NCBI GenBank assembly: GCA_964548925.1
Contig: CAZJTM010000002.1
Span: forward strand, 10,814 to 74,813
Direction of reading: 5' to 3'
Origin: an uncultured Verrucomicrobiota bacterium
Lineage (GTDB): Bacteria; Verrucomicrobiota; Verrucomicrobiia; Limisphaerales; MWDV01
DNA length: 64,000 nt
Shown: piece by piece, positions 47,611 to 58,819 of the stretch
Position numbering within the stretch: position 1 is the stretch's first letter
Layout: each line of letters opens with the position of its first letter
Notes under the pieces: model-generated
What the model saw: the letters and a program-made list of their open reading frames with translations, nothing else
Told to the model about the DNA's origin: nothing
Databases searched by the model: none
Program-made: the position numbers and the translations under genes

Positions 47611-49499
47611 GACCGTCACGAGTCATGCATGCCGCCACGAGCTTCCGGCGCTTCACCATCGCGACGCTGGGGATTGCAATCGCGGCGGCCCCTGCGGTCT
47701 TTGGCCAGCCCGCGGTCAGCCCGGTCCCGGATCCGCTGGCCCAACTCATGATCAGCCAGCCGTCCATTGAGGTGGTTTCCAACCCGGTGGCGACCGTCAG
47801 CTTCGATCCGCCGGTGGTGCGGCCCGGCCAACTCTCCACCTATCGGGTTTCGTTCAACGCGCTGGATGACTCCGTGAAGTGGCCCGAGCAGATCGCGTCG
47901 CCGCCCGGCCTGGCTCTGCGGCAATCCGCGCGCGGGCAGATTCTCCTCTACGCGGGCAATCGCCTCGTGCCGCAGACCACGATCAATCTTCACGCGCGCG
48001 CCACGAACGCCGGCTCGTATGTCGTCAACCCCTTCACGGTGGAAGTGTATGGACAACCGGTCACCGTGCCCGGCGCCCGGCTGGAGGTGGTGCCTGCCAA
48101 CTCCCCCGTTCCGCCACCGGGTCGCAGGCTCACCGCCGAGTTGCTGTCGAGCAACATCTTTGTCGGCCAGTCAGTGGGTGTTCGCGTGGTGATACCGCCG
48201 TCGCCGGCCCACGCGCCGCAACGGTTGGCGCAAGTCAAACTCACGGGCGACGGCTTCCTCGTGGACCACACCGTGGCCCGTCAATCCGTCACGGTCGCGC
48301 CGCAGGATGGACAGAACATGGTTGTTAGCGTCCACGAGACGCGGTTGACACCTCTCGTCGCGGGCGAACTCCGCTTCACCGCGCAGGGATTTGCCTCGGG
48401 TGGTTTCCCGAGCGGAACCGTTCTCGTTCCGGGGCAGGCCCTTCCCGGGGGGTTGCTTGGGCCGGAGGTGTTGCTGGACGCCGATCCGGTTACATTCACC
48501 GCGCAACCGCTGCCGCGCACGGGAGAATTGCCCGGGTTCACGGGCACCATCGGGAACTTCACTTGCGATCCGCCGCTGCTCTCGGCCACGCAGGCAGTGG
48601 TGGGGGAACCGCTCCGGCTTTCCATCACCATCCGTGGCGAAGGGAATCTCGCCCGGTTGGTGCCGCCGCCGGCTCCCGTTTCGCCGGAGTGGCGCGCGTC
48701 GTCGCCGGTCGCGAGCGTGGGCGTGCCTGGCGTGGGTTCGGTCGTGCAGATTTCCGGGCTTAGACGGGTGGTTCCTCCCGGCCCGGCGATCACGTTCAGT
48801 TATTCGCTGACTCCGCTGAAGGTTGGGCCCACCACCACGCCCGCCATTCCGTTCAGCTATTTTGATCCGGTGCGCGCGATTTACGTGGACCTCACCGTTC
48901 CGCCCGTGGCGATCGAGGTGAGGGCGGGGGCGTTGACCAACGCCGCGCGGCTTTGGGCCGAGGCAGGCATCACTGACGCGGATGCCAAACCGCCCCTCGT
49001 GCTCAGTGACTTGTCACCGTCGCCCGGACGGCGGGGCGCCGGCCTCTTGCCGCTGCAACTGCGGTCCTGGTTTGTCCTGGTTCAAATCCTCCCATTGATC
49101 GGATTTGCCGGAATCTGGATTTGTCACCGACGGCGGCAGTTTTTGGAACAACATCCGGACGTGGTCCGTCGCCGTCAGGCTCGCCGTGCGCTTCGCAGGG
49201 AACGGCGGAATCTGCAACAAGCGTTCAAGACGAACGATCCGGCGCGGTATGCCGACACGGCCATCCGCGCCCTGCGTGTCGCTTGCGCGCCGCACTTTCC
49301 GGCGGAACCTCGCGCCTTGGTGGGGCGGGACGTGCTGGAGTTGGTGGGAGAGTGCGCCGTGGCGAGCGAAGTGGTCCGGAGGTTCTTCGCTGTGGCGGAC
49401 GCAGCGCAGTTTTCGGCGGCGACAGCCGATGCGCGGGAGTTGATGGCGTTGCATGCCGGATTGGAGCAGGTGCTCGGTGAGCTGGAGGCGCGGTTATGA
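47604..49499 (+). CDS. batD: BatD-like protein
   Basis: VGEPLRLSITIRGEGNL, PAIPFSYFDP, C-terminal TM. Confidence 0.75.
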   Translation: MVRPSRVMHAATSFRRFTIATLGIAIAAAPAVFGQPAVSPVPDPLAQLMISQPSIEVVSNPVATVSFDPPVVRPGQLSTYRVSFNALDDSVKWPEQIASPPGLALRQSARGQILLYAGNRLVPQTTINLHARATNAGSYVVNPFTVEVYGQPVTVPGARLEVVPANSPVPPPGRRLTAELLSSNIFVGQSVGVRVVIPPSPAHAPQRLAQVKLTGDGFLVDHTVARQSVTVAPQDGQNMVVSVHETRLTPLVAGELRFTAQGFASGGFPSGTVLVPGQALPGGLLGPEVLLDADPVTFTAQPLPRTGELPGFTGTIGNFTCDPPLLSATQAVVGEPLRLSITIRGEGNLARLVPPPAPVSPEWRASSPVASVGVPGVGSVVQISGLRRVVPPGPAITFSYSLTPLKVGPTTTPAIPFSYFDPVRAIYVDLTVPPVAIEVRAGALTNAARLWAEAGITDADAKPPLVLSDLSPSPGRRGAGLLPLQLRSWFVLVQILPLIGFAGIWICHRRRQFLEQHPDVVRRRQARRALRRERRNLQQAFKTNDPARYADTAIRALRVACAPHFPAEPRALVGRDVLELVGECAVASEVVRRFFAVADAAQFSAATADARELMALHAGLEQVLGELEARL

Positions 49500-50224
49500 G
49501 GCTTGCCTCACTGATCCTTGTGCTGCTGTTTTGCGCGCCGCAGGGTGAAGCGGCTTCGGTTCACGACCCATTCGCCGCTGGCATGACGGCGTATCGTTCC
49601 GGGGATTACGCGGAGGCAGCGCGCCGCTTTCGCGAGGCCGTGCGGGCGCAACCCGCGACCGGCACGCTGGTCAACCTAGGCCTGGCGGAATGGCAGCAAG
49701 GCCGGGTAGGGGAGGCCATGATCGCGTGGGAGCAGGCGCGGTGGCTCGATCCCTTCGAGCCGCGCGCGCGGAACAACCTGCAGTTTGCGCGCACGCGCGC
49801 CCAGTTGGAGTCTCCCGAGCTGGCGTGGTATGAAATCGCCTCGACGTGGCTGCCGCCGCAGTGGTGGCCCTGGATTGTGGGCGGCAGTCTGTGGTTTGTG
49901 GTGGGCGTCTTGACGCTCCCGGCGGTTCTGGGATGGCGCAAGGCTCCGTGGCAGCAGGCACTCGCGGCGTTGGGCCTTGGGGTGTTGTTGTTGAGTTTGC
50001 CCGCGCACGTCGGGGTTCTGACTCGGGCGCAACTTGGATTCGTGCTGGAAAAGGACGTGACGTTGCGTTTGACCCCCACTGCGGAGGCTGAGGGCGTCAC
50101 CCAACTGACCGCCGGGGAACCGGCCCGACGATTGCGCACGCGCGGCAATTACATCTTCATCCGCACCAACCATGCCGCCGGCTGGGTGCAGCGGGAAGAG
50201 TTTGCGCTGGTCTGCGCGTGGTAA
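49496..50224 (+). CDS. batE: BatE-like TPR/SH3 protein
   Basis: AYRSGDY, NLG, ARNNL, TM segments, GWV terminal SH3-like region. Confidence 0.75.
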   Translation: MRLASLILVLLFCAPQGEAASVHDPFAAGMTAYRSGDYAEAARRFREAVRAQPATGTLVNLGLAEWQQGRVGEAMIAWEQARWLDPFEPRARNNLQFARTRAQLESPELAWYEIASTWLPPQWWPWIVGGSLWFVVGVLTLPAVLGWRKAPWQQALAALGLGVLLLSLPAHVGVLTRAQLGFVLEKDVTLRLTPTAEAEGVTQLTAGEPARRLRTRGNYIFIRTNHAAGWVQREEFALVCAW

Positions 50225-50289
50225 TGGAGAATTGACTCCACGCAGACTTTGCCGCTGAATCGTTGCGTCGTGCTCTAGGGATTTCATCT

Positions 50290-51339
50290 ATGCGACCCGA
50301 ACAATGGCAACTCTTCAAAGCCGCAGCCAAACGCCAGAACCGCGGCGGCCCGATTCCCGTTTCGCTCATCGTGGATTGCCCCTGGATTCCGCCATACTGC
50401 GGCGTGAGCCAGTGGGATTACTTCTTCGACGTCGAGACGTGGTTCCAGTCCAACGTCAAAGTTCAGCGTGATTTCCCGGAACTGATCTGGTTCCCTTCCT
50501 GGTGGTCGGAAATGGGCATGGGCGCCGAACCGTCCGCGCTCGGGCCGCGCCTGCGCTTCAACCGCAACCGCGTGCCGGATGTCGAGCCGCTGCCGTTTCC
50601 GATGGAGCGGCTGGACGAACTCACGCTCCCGGATGCTCGCACGGACGGTTTCATGGCGATGTGCCTGTATCGTTACGAGAAATTGAAGAGGCGCATCGCA
50701 CAGGAGGGTTTCATCGTCCCGGTCGTGGCGGCGCGCGGGCCGTTGACCATCGCGTCGTTCTTCCGCGGCGTAACGCAGCTCATGGAAGACATCGTGGACC
50801 AACCCGAGCGCACAAAGAAGCTGTTTGAACTGACCACGAACCTCGGTATCGCCTGGCTCAAGGCGCAGGCGGAGGCGCTGGGCGATTGCGTCGAGGGCAT
50901 CCTCGTGCTCGATGACCTCGCGGGTTTTATCGGTCGCAAGCATTACCAGGAGTTCGCCCACCCATACCTCAAGCGTTACTGCGATGCCTTCCCGCCGCAT
51001 TGGGTGAAGGTCTTTCACAACGATGCCAGCGTGGCGGCGTGCATTGACCTGATCCCGGACGCCGGCTTCGACGTGTTGAACTGGGGGGTGGAAACCAGCA
51101 TGAAGAAAGCCTGCGAGAAACTCGGCGGACGCATGACGCTCATGGGCAACGTGCCGCCACTTCACGTCGGGGTGCGCGGGACTTCGGACGACAACTACGC
51201 GGCGGCGATCAAGGCCATGGAAGAAGCCGGAGACCACCCGCTCATTCTGTCTTTTGCCGGGGTGACTACGACCGGGGTTGCGCCGGAGAACGTGCGGGCG
51301 ATTGCGCGGGCGGGGCGGGATTTCAACGCGAGAAGCTGA
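50290..51339 (+). CDS. Uroporphyrinogen-decarboxylase/MtaA-CmuA superfamily protein
   Basis: RGPLTIA, LVLDD, FHND, LMGNV. Confidence 0.78.
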   Translation: MRPEQWQLFKAAAKRQNRGGPIPVSLIVDCPWIPPYCGVSQWDYFFDVETWFQSNVKVQRDFPELIWFPSWWSEMGMGAEPSALGPRLRFNRNRVPDVEPLPFPMERLDELTLPDARTDGFMAMCLYRYEKLKRRIAQEGFIVPVVAARGPLTIASFFRGVTQLMEDIVDQPERTKKLFELTTNLGIAWLKAQAEALGDCVEGILVLDDLAGFIGRKHYQEFAHPYLKRYCDAFPPHWVKVFHNDASVAACIDLIPDAGFDVLNWGVETSMKKACEKLGGRMTLMGNVPPLHVGVRGTSDDNYAAAIKAMEEAGDHPLILSFAGVTTTGVAPENVRAIARAGRDFNARS

Positions 51340-51711
51340 GCCCATCGCCGGCGGAGGACTGCGTCCGCCCGGGCTGGTCGCCACGAGAAGCAGTAAAGGG
51401 TCAGGCGGAGGACGAGATCCTGCTCCTTCTTGCGTCGGGCGATGTTTGCGACCCGCGCTCAACCGGTGTGGACGCATGATGTTTCGCCCTAAGCCCGATG
51501 TTGATTTCCTTTCTGCTTGCTAGCGGGACGGCCTGTGGTCTAGCGTCGGGCCAGTGCGTTCCAACCAGCGGCCTCAAAACGTTTGGATAGCGACCCGAGC
51601 AACGTGGATTGGCGAGGAAGCCAGCCGGGCGTTCCGACGGCGGGCGAAGGTCTGCCTCGGTGCCGCGTGGGGAACTTGACCTCAACCCTGAAATCAATCG
51701 CATAGAAAGCC

Positions 51712-52884
51712 ATGGACACTACCCTGTATCTGCAACTGAGCGCGCTGATGTTTTTGGAATACGCCGTGTGGGGCGCCTGGATGCCCGTGCTGGCGCCGCG
51801 GTTGCTCGGTCCGCTGAAAATGACGGGCAAGCAAACCGGCTGGATCTACGGCACGCTGCCGCTGGCTAGCATGATCTCGCCGCTGATTGCCGGGCAACTG
51901 GCCGACAAGTATGTGGATACCCGCTGGATTCTTGCCGCCTGCCATGCGCTCGGGGTCATCCTGCTCTTCGTGGCGGCGCGGACCACCAAGTTCAAGCCAC
52001 TGTTCCTCGTCATGCTGGGGTACTCAATGCTCTACGCGGCCACCATCCCGCTGGTGAACTCGCTCATGTTCAGCCATCTCACGGACGCTGGTGCGCAATC
52101 GCCGAAGATTTTTATCTGGGCGCCCGTGGCTTGGGCGCTCGTGGGCTACGTGCTGACCGGCTGGCGCAATCTCCGCAAGGCCGAGGGTGACGGGAGTGAT
52201 TGTTTGAAGTTCGCGGCGCTCCTGTCGGTGCTCATGGCAGTGGTCTGCATCCTCCAGCCAGCCACTCCGCCAAAAGGCGGCGAAGGCGTGCCGATTTTCA
52301 AGGCGCTGTCCATGCTCTCGAACCCGCCGTTCGCGGTGTTCATCGTCGTGTCGCTGGTCGTGGCGGGGATGATGCAATTCTACTTCCTCGGCACGGGGCA
52401 GTTCCTGCAAGACCGGGGCATTTCCGGCAAGAACGTGCCGGGCATCATGGGGATTGCCCAGGCGGCCCAGGCGCTGGCCACGTTGTTCCTGCTGGGCCTG
52501 TTCTTCAGCAAGCTCGGGCCCAAATGGACGCTGACGCTTGGCGCGGCGTCGTGGATGTTGCTCTACGCGATCTACACCTTCCAAGCGCCGCGGCCGTTGG
52601 TCGTGGGAGGACAGGTCTTCCACGGTCTGGCCTACGTGTTCTTCATGATCGCGGGGCAGGTGTACGTGAATACGGTGGCGGCGCCGGAAATTGTCGGCTC
52701 GGCCCAGGCGTTGATCATCCTCGTCACCACGGGCATTGGCCTCTTCCTCGGCACGCAGGTGGCGGGCATTGTGATGGACAAGTCCAACGTGGCGGGCAAG
52801 TTCAACTGGAGCAAGGTGTTCATGGTGCCCATGCTGGCCACGCTGGCGGGGGTGCTGGCGCTGCTGCTGGCGTTCAGAGCTTGA
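51712..52884 (+). CDS. MFS transporter (nucleoside:H+ symporter family)
   Basis: LSALMFLEYAVWGAW, GQLADKY, ~12 TM. Confidence 0.88.
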   Translation: MDTTLYLQLSALMFLEYAVWGAWMPVLAPRLLGPLKMTGKQTGWIYGTLPLASMISPLIAGQLADKYVDTRWILAACHALGVILLFVAARTTKFKPLFLVMLGYSMLYAATIPLVNSLMFSHLTDAGAQSPKIFIWAPVAWALVGYVLTGWRNLRKAEGDGSDCLKFAALLSVLMAVVCILQPATPPKGGEGVPIFKALSMLSNPPFAVFIVVSLVVAGMMQFYFLGTGQFLQDRGISGKNVPGIMGIAQAAQALATLFLLGLFFSKLGPKWTLTLGAASWMLLYAIYTFQAPRPLVVGGQVFHGLAYVFFMIAGQVYVNTVAAPEIVGSAQALIILVTTGIGLFLGTQVAGIVMDKSNVAGKFNWSKVFMVPMLATLAGVLALLLAFRA

Positions 52885-53083
52885 TCGGGGCATGAATCGA
52901 ATCAACGTCCGAATCGTTGAGCCGTCTTGAAGCTGAATGCCGAACCAGCGGAGGGCGCCTGCGGGTGGAGGGCTCTCCGATCAGCTTCCAATCCCGACGC
53001 GACGCGCGCGGGGGCGGCTTTCAACCGCCGGGCTGGGCTTGGAATCCGTTCCCCGTCCTCTCTTCCCGTCTGACGCAGGAGCT

Positions 53084-54409
53084 ATGAACCCGACGATTCG
53101 ACGGCTGTTCGTCATGATGGTGCTCCAGAGTTTCATCTGGGGATGCTGGATGCCGCTGGTGTATGGTTACCTTCCGAGCCTTGGCTTTTCGACCCTCCAG
53201 CAATCCTGGGTGCTGAACGCGTTTCCCATTGCCGCCATCGTCGGCATGTTCTTCAGCAACCAGTTCGCCGACCGGAATTTCGCCGCGCAGAAATTCCTCG
53301 CGTTCAGTCACCTCGTCGGCGGACTTGCCATCTTCGGGTTGGCCTTCACGCGCGCCTTTTGGCCGTTCTTTGGCCTTATGCTGCTGCACTGCCTGCTCTA
53401 CGTTCCCACGATGTCCATCTGCAACTCCATCGCGTTTACGCACATGAGGGATGCGCAGAAGGAGTTTGGCATTGTACGCATGGGCGGAACGATCGGGTGG
53501 ATCCTTGCTGCGTGGCCCTTCACGTTCATCTTGGTGGATTGGGATAAAGTGCGGGCGGCCAGTCCCGACGGCTTCATCGCCTGGATGGGGACTGTGCTCG
53601 GCAGTGGGCTGAATGGACCGGAGCTCTTTGCGGCCACGCGCTGGACTTACATCGTGGCTGGAATCGCCTCGCTGGTGATGGCCGCTTACAGCCTAACCCT
53701 GCCGCACACGCCGCCCAAGAAGGCTACCGGCGCAGGCGAAGAGAAACTCGCCTGGCTGGAAGCCATGAAACTGCTCAAGCAGCCGTTCGTGCTGGTTCTC
53801 TGGATCATCACGCTGGTGGATGCCTTTGTGCTCTACTGCTACTTCAACTGGACCGGCGCCTTCCTCGGTACGCCTCCCGAAGCCGGCGGACCTGGCATCG
53901 CTGGAAACTGGATCATGCCCGTCATGACCATCGGCCAAGTCATGGAAATCCTCACCATGCTGGTGTTGGGCGTGACCCTCAAACGGCTCGGCTGGCGCAC
54001 CACCATGATCATCGGCATTCTCGGCCACACGGCACGTTTTCTCATCTACGCCTTCTTCCCGCAGCACAAGGAGATCATCATCCTGGTGCAGCTCGTCCAC
54101 GGCATCTGCTACGCGTTTTTCTTCGCCACGGTGTATATCTTCGTGGACGCTCATTTCCCGAAGGACACCCGCGCCAGCGCCCAGGGCCTGTTCAACATGA
54201 TGATCTTCGGATTTGGCTACATTGCCGCGAACTTCGCCTGCCCGTGGCTGAAGCAATCGGTCTTCACGCGGGGCGAAGTGACCGATTTCAAATCCCTGTT
54301 CCTCCTGCCCGCGGCGATTTCCCTGGTGACCGCGCTGGCGTTGGCGTTCTTGTTCCATCCGCCGAAGGCTGCGCAACCGGGACAAACCACGCCGCCACCC
54401 GCGCACTGA
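53084..54409 (+). CDS. MFS transporter (nucleoside:H+ symporter family)
   Basis: AGGAG RBS; LQSFIWGCW, QFADRNF, VRMGGTIGW, RASAQGL. Confidence 0.88.
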   Translation: MNPTIRRLFVMMVLQSFIWGCWMPLVYGYLPSLGFSTLQQSWVLNAFPIAAIVGMFFSNQFADRNFAAQKFLAFSHLVGGLAIFGLAFTRAFWPFFGLMLLHCLLYVPTMSICNSIAFTHMRDAQKEFGIVRMGGTIGWILAAWPFTFILVDWDKVRAASPDGFIAWMGTVLGSGLNGPELFAATRWTYIVAGIASLVMAAYSLTLPHTPPKKATGAGEEKLAWLEAMKLLKQPFVLVLWIITLVDAFVLYCYFNWTGAFLGTPPEAGGPGIAGNWIMPVMTIGQVMEILTMLVLGVTLKRLGWRTTMIIGILGHTARFLIYAFFPQHKEIIILVQLVHGICYAFFFATVYIFVDAHFPKDTRASAQGLFNMMIFGFGYIAANFACPWLKQSVFTRGEVTDFKSLFLLPAAISLVTALALAFLFHPPKAAQPGQTTPPPAH

Positions 54410-54517
54410 CCAAATGGCCAATCCGACGAAGCGCAGTTGGGCTGTGGAGCAATACCGGACGCAGACCGCGCTTGCTTCCGGCGTGTTGGGGAGAAACAAT
54501 TCCGCCCGGTTCAGGTC

Positions 54518-55360
54518 ATGAAAACCCGTAAAGCGCTTATCACTGCTGCTGGCCAAAGCCAGCGCACCTTGCCCCTGCAAACCCTCGTGGATCGCGACGG
54601 CGTGCCAAAGACCGCGCTGACAATCATCATCGAAGAGGCCCTCCAAGCCGGCATTGAGGAGGTCGGCGTGGTGATCGGCCCGAACGATGAGGACGCCTAC
54701 CGGGCCGCCACGGGGCCGCACTTGAAACGCGTCCGTTTCATTTCGCAGACCGCCCCGCTAGGTTACGGCCATGCGGTGGCATGTGGCCGGGAGTTCATTG
54801 GCAACGAAACGTTCCTGCTCCTCGTGGGCGATCATCTTTACGTCAGTGGCAACGCCAAGAACTGCGCGCAACAACTCGTCGCCGTGGCCGAGGCCGAATC
54901 CTGCGCCGTTTCCGCCGTGCAGGCGACCCATGAAAGCAAGCTGCCTTACTACGGCACGGTGGGCGGGCGGCGCGTGGTGGGCCGGCAGGGATTGTACGAG
55001 ATCGAGCGCGTTCTTGAAAAGCCGACCCCGACCGAGGCCGAGCAGCACTTGATCGTGCCGGGCCTGCGGGCGGGTCGCTACTTGTGCTTCTTCGGCATGC
55101 ATGTGCTGACGCCGGTGGTGATGGAGATGCTGGCGGAGGATGTTCGGCGTGTTGAAAAGGTGGGCGGCAACGTGCAACTGAGCCCGGCGCTAGCTCGTCT
55201 GGCCGAGCGCGAGCGTTACCTCGCCTGTGAACTGCACGGACGGCGTTACGACATCGGGGCGAACTATGGCCTCTTGACGGCCCAGCTTGCCTTGTCCTTG
55301 AGCGGCAAGGACCGCGACGAAGTGCTGACGCAATTGGTCGAGTTGCTGGCTCAACAATAG
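54518..55360 (+). CDS. GalU-like sugar-phosphate nucleotidyltransferase (atypical signature)
   Basis: [29 protein letters not shown]. Confidence 0.8.
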   Translation: MKTRKALITAAGQSQRTLPLQTLVDRDGVPKTALTIIIEEALQAGIEEVGVVIGPNDEDAYRAATGPHLKRVRFISQTAPLGYGHAVACGREFIGNETFLLLVGDHLYVSGNAKNCAQQLVAVAEAESCAVSAVQATHESKLPYYGTVGGRRVVGRQGLYEIERVLEKPTPTEAEQHLIVPGLRAGRYLCFFGMHVLTPVVMEMLAEDVRRVEKVGGNVQLSPALARLAERERYLACELHGRRYDIGANYGLLTAQLALSLSGKDRDEVLTQLVELLAQQ

Positions 55361-55367
55361 CGCTCCG

Positions 55368-58300
55368 ATGGCTGGCCAACTCTCGCAACTGATCACGGCC
55401 TCGGATCCGGCGATCCGCGACCAATCGCTCGACACCCTTTGTGCCAGCGCCTCAGCCGCCGCATTGCTGCAGGAATGCGAAGCGTTGGACCAGTTTCGCC
55501 GCGCCAGCGACAACCTGTACGAGCGAGTCCGGGCGCTGTTCTTCCTCTACGCCATCCACCGCTTTCATCTGCCGGCGAGGCTGAATGACGTCGCCGGCAC
55601 GCCGGGCCTGATCCCGTTTCACGGGTATGAACATTTGCTCAACCGGCGTTTCGAGGAAGCAATCGAGTGTTTTCTCGCCGCCCAGGCCCAACAAGGTCCC
55701 AGCGACGGCATCTCCAGTGCGCTGGCGGCGGCGTACCATCGCTTGGCGTTTCAGACCCTGGCCAATCAAGTCCGCCGCAGCGTGCGCACAGTGCGTGGCA
55801 ACCAGTGGATGTTCCGCATGGGCCACCCCGCTGACCAACCGCTGCGCCTCCGCCCGGAACTGCTGGAACGCGCAGCCGATGGTTCATATCCGATCTTGCG
55901 CGAGCGCACGCCCGTGCGCATGGACCTTACCCACTGCGGCTGGAGCGACATCTTTTTCCTCGGCATGGATTATCCCGAGGGCGCAAAGGTGCTCAACGTC
56001 TCGATTGACCTCGGCGTGCATGGGCGCGACGCCTCACCGCGCCCGCCCGTGGAGGCCTACCTGCGCGTCATCGAAGAACCGCTGCTGCGGCTGGTGAGCG
56101 TGGACCTCGGCTGCGCCGCGGACATCACAAACCTCGCCGAGGTGTTCGACTTCGCGAAGGACTATCTCGGCTTGCTCAAGGCGGCAGTCATTGCGTCGGG
56201 GATCGTGCCGCCGGGCATTGAAGGCTCGGGACAAAGCCTCGCGGATCTGCTCGCCCGAATCGTCGGGGGCGGACGCGGTTTGGAAATCGTCAGCCGTGTG
56301 AACGACATTCCGAAAGGCTCGCGGCTCGCAGTGTCCACGAATCTGCTCGCTGCGCTCATCAGCGCGTGCATGCGGGCGACCGGCCAAGCGCGTTCGCTCA
56401 CCGGCCAGCTTGAAGAGAACGAGCGACGGATTGTGCTCGCCCGGGCGTTGCTCGGCGAATGGCTCGGCGGCTCTGGCGGCGGTTGGCAGGATTCCGGCGG
56501 CGTGTGGCCGGGCATGAAGCTCATCGAGGGCGCGCTGGCGACGGAAGGTGATCCGGAATTCGGCGTGAGCCGGGGCCGGCTCATGCCCACTCACCGCATT
56601 TTCACCGAGAGCGATTGCTCCGCCGGCACGCGCGCGAAACTCCAGCAGAGTTTGGTGCTCGTTCACGGCGGCATGGCCCAGAATGTCGGCCCAATTCTGG
56701 AGATGGTCACCGAGAAATATCTGCTCCGCTGCGGCCCCGAGTGGCAGGCGCGGTTGAGCATGCTCGGCATTCTCGACGAGATTCTGTCGGCCCTGAAACG
56801 TGGCGACGTGCCGGCGATCGGTGCCGCAACCACGCGCAACTTCCGTCAGCCGATTCAGGCGATCATTCCCTGGGCCTCAAACCACTACACCGAGACGCTC
56901 ATCGCCAAAGCGCAAGCAGCGTTCGACCGCGATTTTTGGGGCTTCTGGATGCTCGGGGGCATGAGCGGCGGCGGCATGGGCTTCATCTTCGCCCCGGAGC
57001 GCAAGGCCGAGGCGCAGACGCGATTGCAGGAAATCATGTCGCGCACCAAGCAGGAGTTGCAGCACGCCCTGCCGTTCGCAATGGACCCCGTGGTCTATGA
57101 CTTTGCGATCAACGAACGCGGCACGTTCGCCGACTTGCTCTTAGGCGATGCCGCGCTGATGCCGGGCGGCTACTACGCACTCATCGCGCCGCCGCTGCTC
57201 AAACAGGATCGTAACACCCTGTCCCCGTTGCGCCGGACCGAGCTCGACAAATTCGGGGCCGCCTGTCGCACCCAGCCGGAGTTGCGTGGCATGGTCCAGA
57301 CCCTTTTTGACGCCATGTTGCCGCGCGGGCGGGCGGAGAGCTCGACCGGCAAATCCCTCGAAGCGTTGCTTGCGGAATATGGGTTCGACCGCGCGCAGCA
57401 CGAGCACATTCGCGCCGATCTCAAGGAGGGGCGCATCGGTCTGGCGCAAAACCGGCTGCCTCCCAGCGTGGTGATTGAGGACGTGAGGCCCGCTGATGTG
57501 ACGGTCGTGGCGAATCTGAAATCCGAGATTTCAGATTCCAAATCGCGTGGCTTGCAAGCCCTCCAGCGCGGCGAGGTCGCCGTGGTCACGTTGGCGGCGG
57601 GAGCGGGCTCGCGCTGGACGCAGGGCGCGGGTGTGGTGAAGGCGTTGCACCCCTTCTGCCGGCTGGCGGGCAAGCACCGGACGTTCATCGAGACGCATCT
57701 GGCCAAGAGCCGGCGCATCTCACGGGCCGTGGGCGCATGGCTGCCACACGTGTTCACGACCAGTTACCTTTCGCACGAGCCAACGCACGAGTTCCTATCT
57801 CGCCACAACGACTACGGCTATGAAGGCCCCGTGCGGCTCTCGCCCGGCAAGTTCATCGGCCTGCGCCTGGTGCCGACGGAGCGTGACCTCCGTTTCATGT
57901 GGGAGGAGATGCCGCAGCAAATCCTCGACGAGCAGGCGCAGAAGGTCCGCGAGAGTCTGCATGCCGCGCTCATCGGCTGGGCGCGCGCCGCCGGTGAAGC
58001 GAGCGATTACACGGACAACCTGCCGCTCCAATGCCTCCATCCGGTCGGCCACTGGTTCGAGCTTCCCAACCTGCTCCGTAACGGCGTGCTGGGCCGGTTG
58101 CTGGCCGAACGCCCGCAGTTGCGCTGGTTGATGCTGCACAACATTGACACGCTCGGTGCGGACGTTGACCCCGCGTTGCTCGGACAACACATCGGAAGCG
58201 GCGCGGGCCTCACCTTCGAGGTGATCACCAAGCGCATCGAGGATCGCGGCGGCGGTTTGGCGCGCGTCAACGGGCGCGTCCGGCTCGTCGAGGGATTGGC

Positions 58301-58724
58301 CATGCCGCGCGAGGAGGTCGAGTTCCGGCTGTCCTACTACAACTCGAACACCTGCTGGATGGATCTCGACAAAGTACTTGCGGTGTTCGGGCTAACGCGC
58401 AACGACATCCTGGCCACGAGCGACGGCGACGCGGGGGCCGACGCGAAGGTTACAGCCGCCATCCGTGCGCTGGCGGCAAAGATGCCGACGTACGTGACGA
58501 TCAAAGACGTGAAGAAGCGTTGGGGGCACGGCCAGGAAGACGTGTTCCCGGTCTGCCAGTTCGAGAAACTGTGGGTGGATATGAGCGCCCTGCCCGAGAT
58601 TGACACACGCTTTCTGGTCGTGCCGCGGTTGCGCGGGCAACAGCTTAAGGATCAGGCCCAGCTTGACGGCTGGTTGCGCGACGGCTCGGCGGCCTATGTG
58701 GAATCGTTGTGTGAATGGTCGTGA
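55368..58724 (+). CDS. GHMP-kinase / UDP-sugar pyrophosphorylase fusion
   Basis: [32 protein letters not shown] (GHMP); [30 protein letters not shown] (UDPGP family). Confidence 0.82.
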   Translation: MAGQLSQLITASDPAIRDQSLDTLCASASAAALLQECEALDQFRRASDNLYERVRALFFLYAIHRFHLPARLNDVAGTPGLIPFHGYEHLLNRRFEEAIECFLAAQAQQGPSDGISSALAAAYHRLAFQTLANQVRRSVRTVRGNQWMFRMGHPADQPLRLRPELLERAADGSYPILRERTPVRMDLTHCGWSDIFFLGMDYPEGAKVLNVSIDLGVHGRDASPRPPVEAYLRVIEEPLLRLVSVDLGCAADITNLAEVFDFAKDYLGLLKAAVIASGIVPPGIEGSGQSLADLLARIVGGGRGLEIVSRVNDIPKGSRLAVSTNLLAALISACMRATGQARSLTGQLEENERRIVLARALLGEWLGGSGGGWQDSGGVWPGMKLIEGALATEGDPEFGVSRGRLMPTHRIFTESDCSAGTRAKLQQSLVLVHGGMAQNVGPILEMVTEKYLLRCGPEWQARLSMLGILDEILSALKRGDVPAIGAATTRNFRQPIQAIIPWASNHYTETLIAKAQAAFDRDFWGFWMLGGMSGGGMGFIFAPERKAEAQTRLQEIMSRTKQELQHALPFAMDPVVYDFAINERGTFADLLLGDAALMPGGYYALIAPPLLKQDRNTLSPLRRTELDKFGAACRTQPELRGMVQTLFDAMLPRGRAESSTGKSLEALLAEYGFDRAQHEHIRADLKEGRIGLAQNRLPPSVVIEDVRPADVTVVANLKSEISDSKSRGLQALQRGEVAVVTLAAGAGSRWTQGAGVVKALHPFCRLAGKHRTFIETHLAKSRRISRAVGAWLPHVFTTSYLSHEPTHEFLSRHNDYGYEGPVRLSPGKFIGLRLVPTERDLRFMWEEMPQQILDEQAQKVRESLHAALIGWARAAGEASDYTDNLPLQCLHPVGHWFELPNLLRNGVLGRLLAERPQLRWLMLHNIDTLGADVDPALLGQHIGSGAGLTFEVITKRIEDRGGGLARVNGRVRLVEGLAMPREEVEFRLSYYNSNTCWMDLDKVLAVFGLTRNDILATSDGDAGADAKVTAAIRALAAKMPTYVTIKDVKKRWGHGQEDVFPVCQFEKLWVDMSALPEIDTRFLVVPRLRGQQLKDQAQLDGWLRDGSAAYVESLCEWS

Positions 58725-58819
58725 TGGGACAGGCGGTACAGTTTTTTCAAGCCCGGCCGCCCGTTTAGTGTGATGCGCCGGCTTTACGCTCGCCCCTTGT
58801 CTGCGTTACAGTGCCCCGC

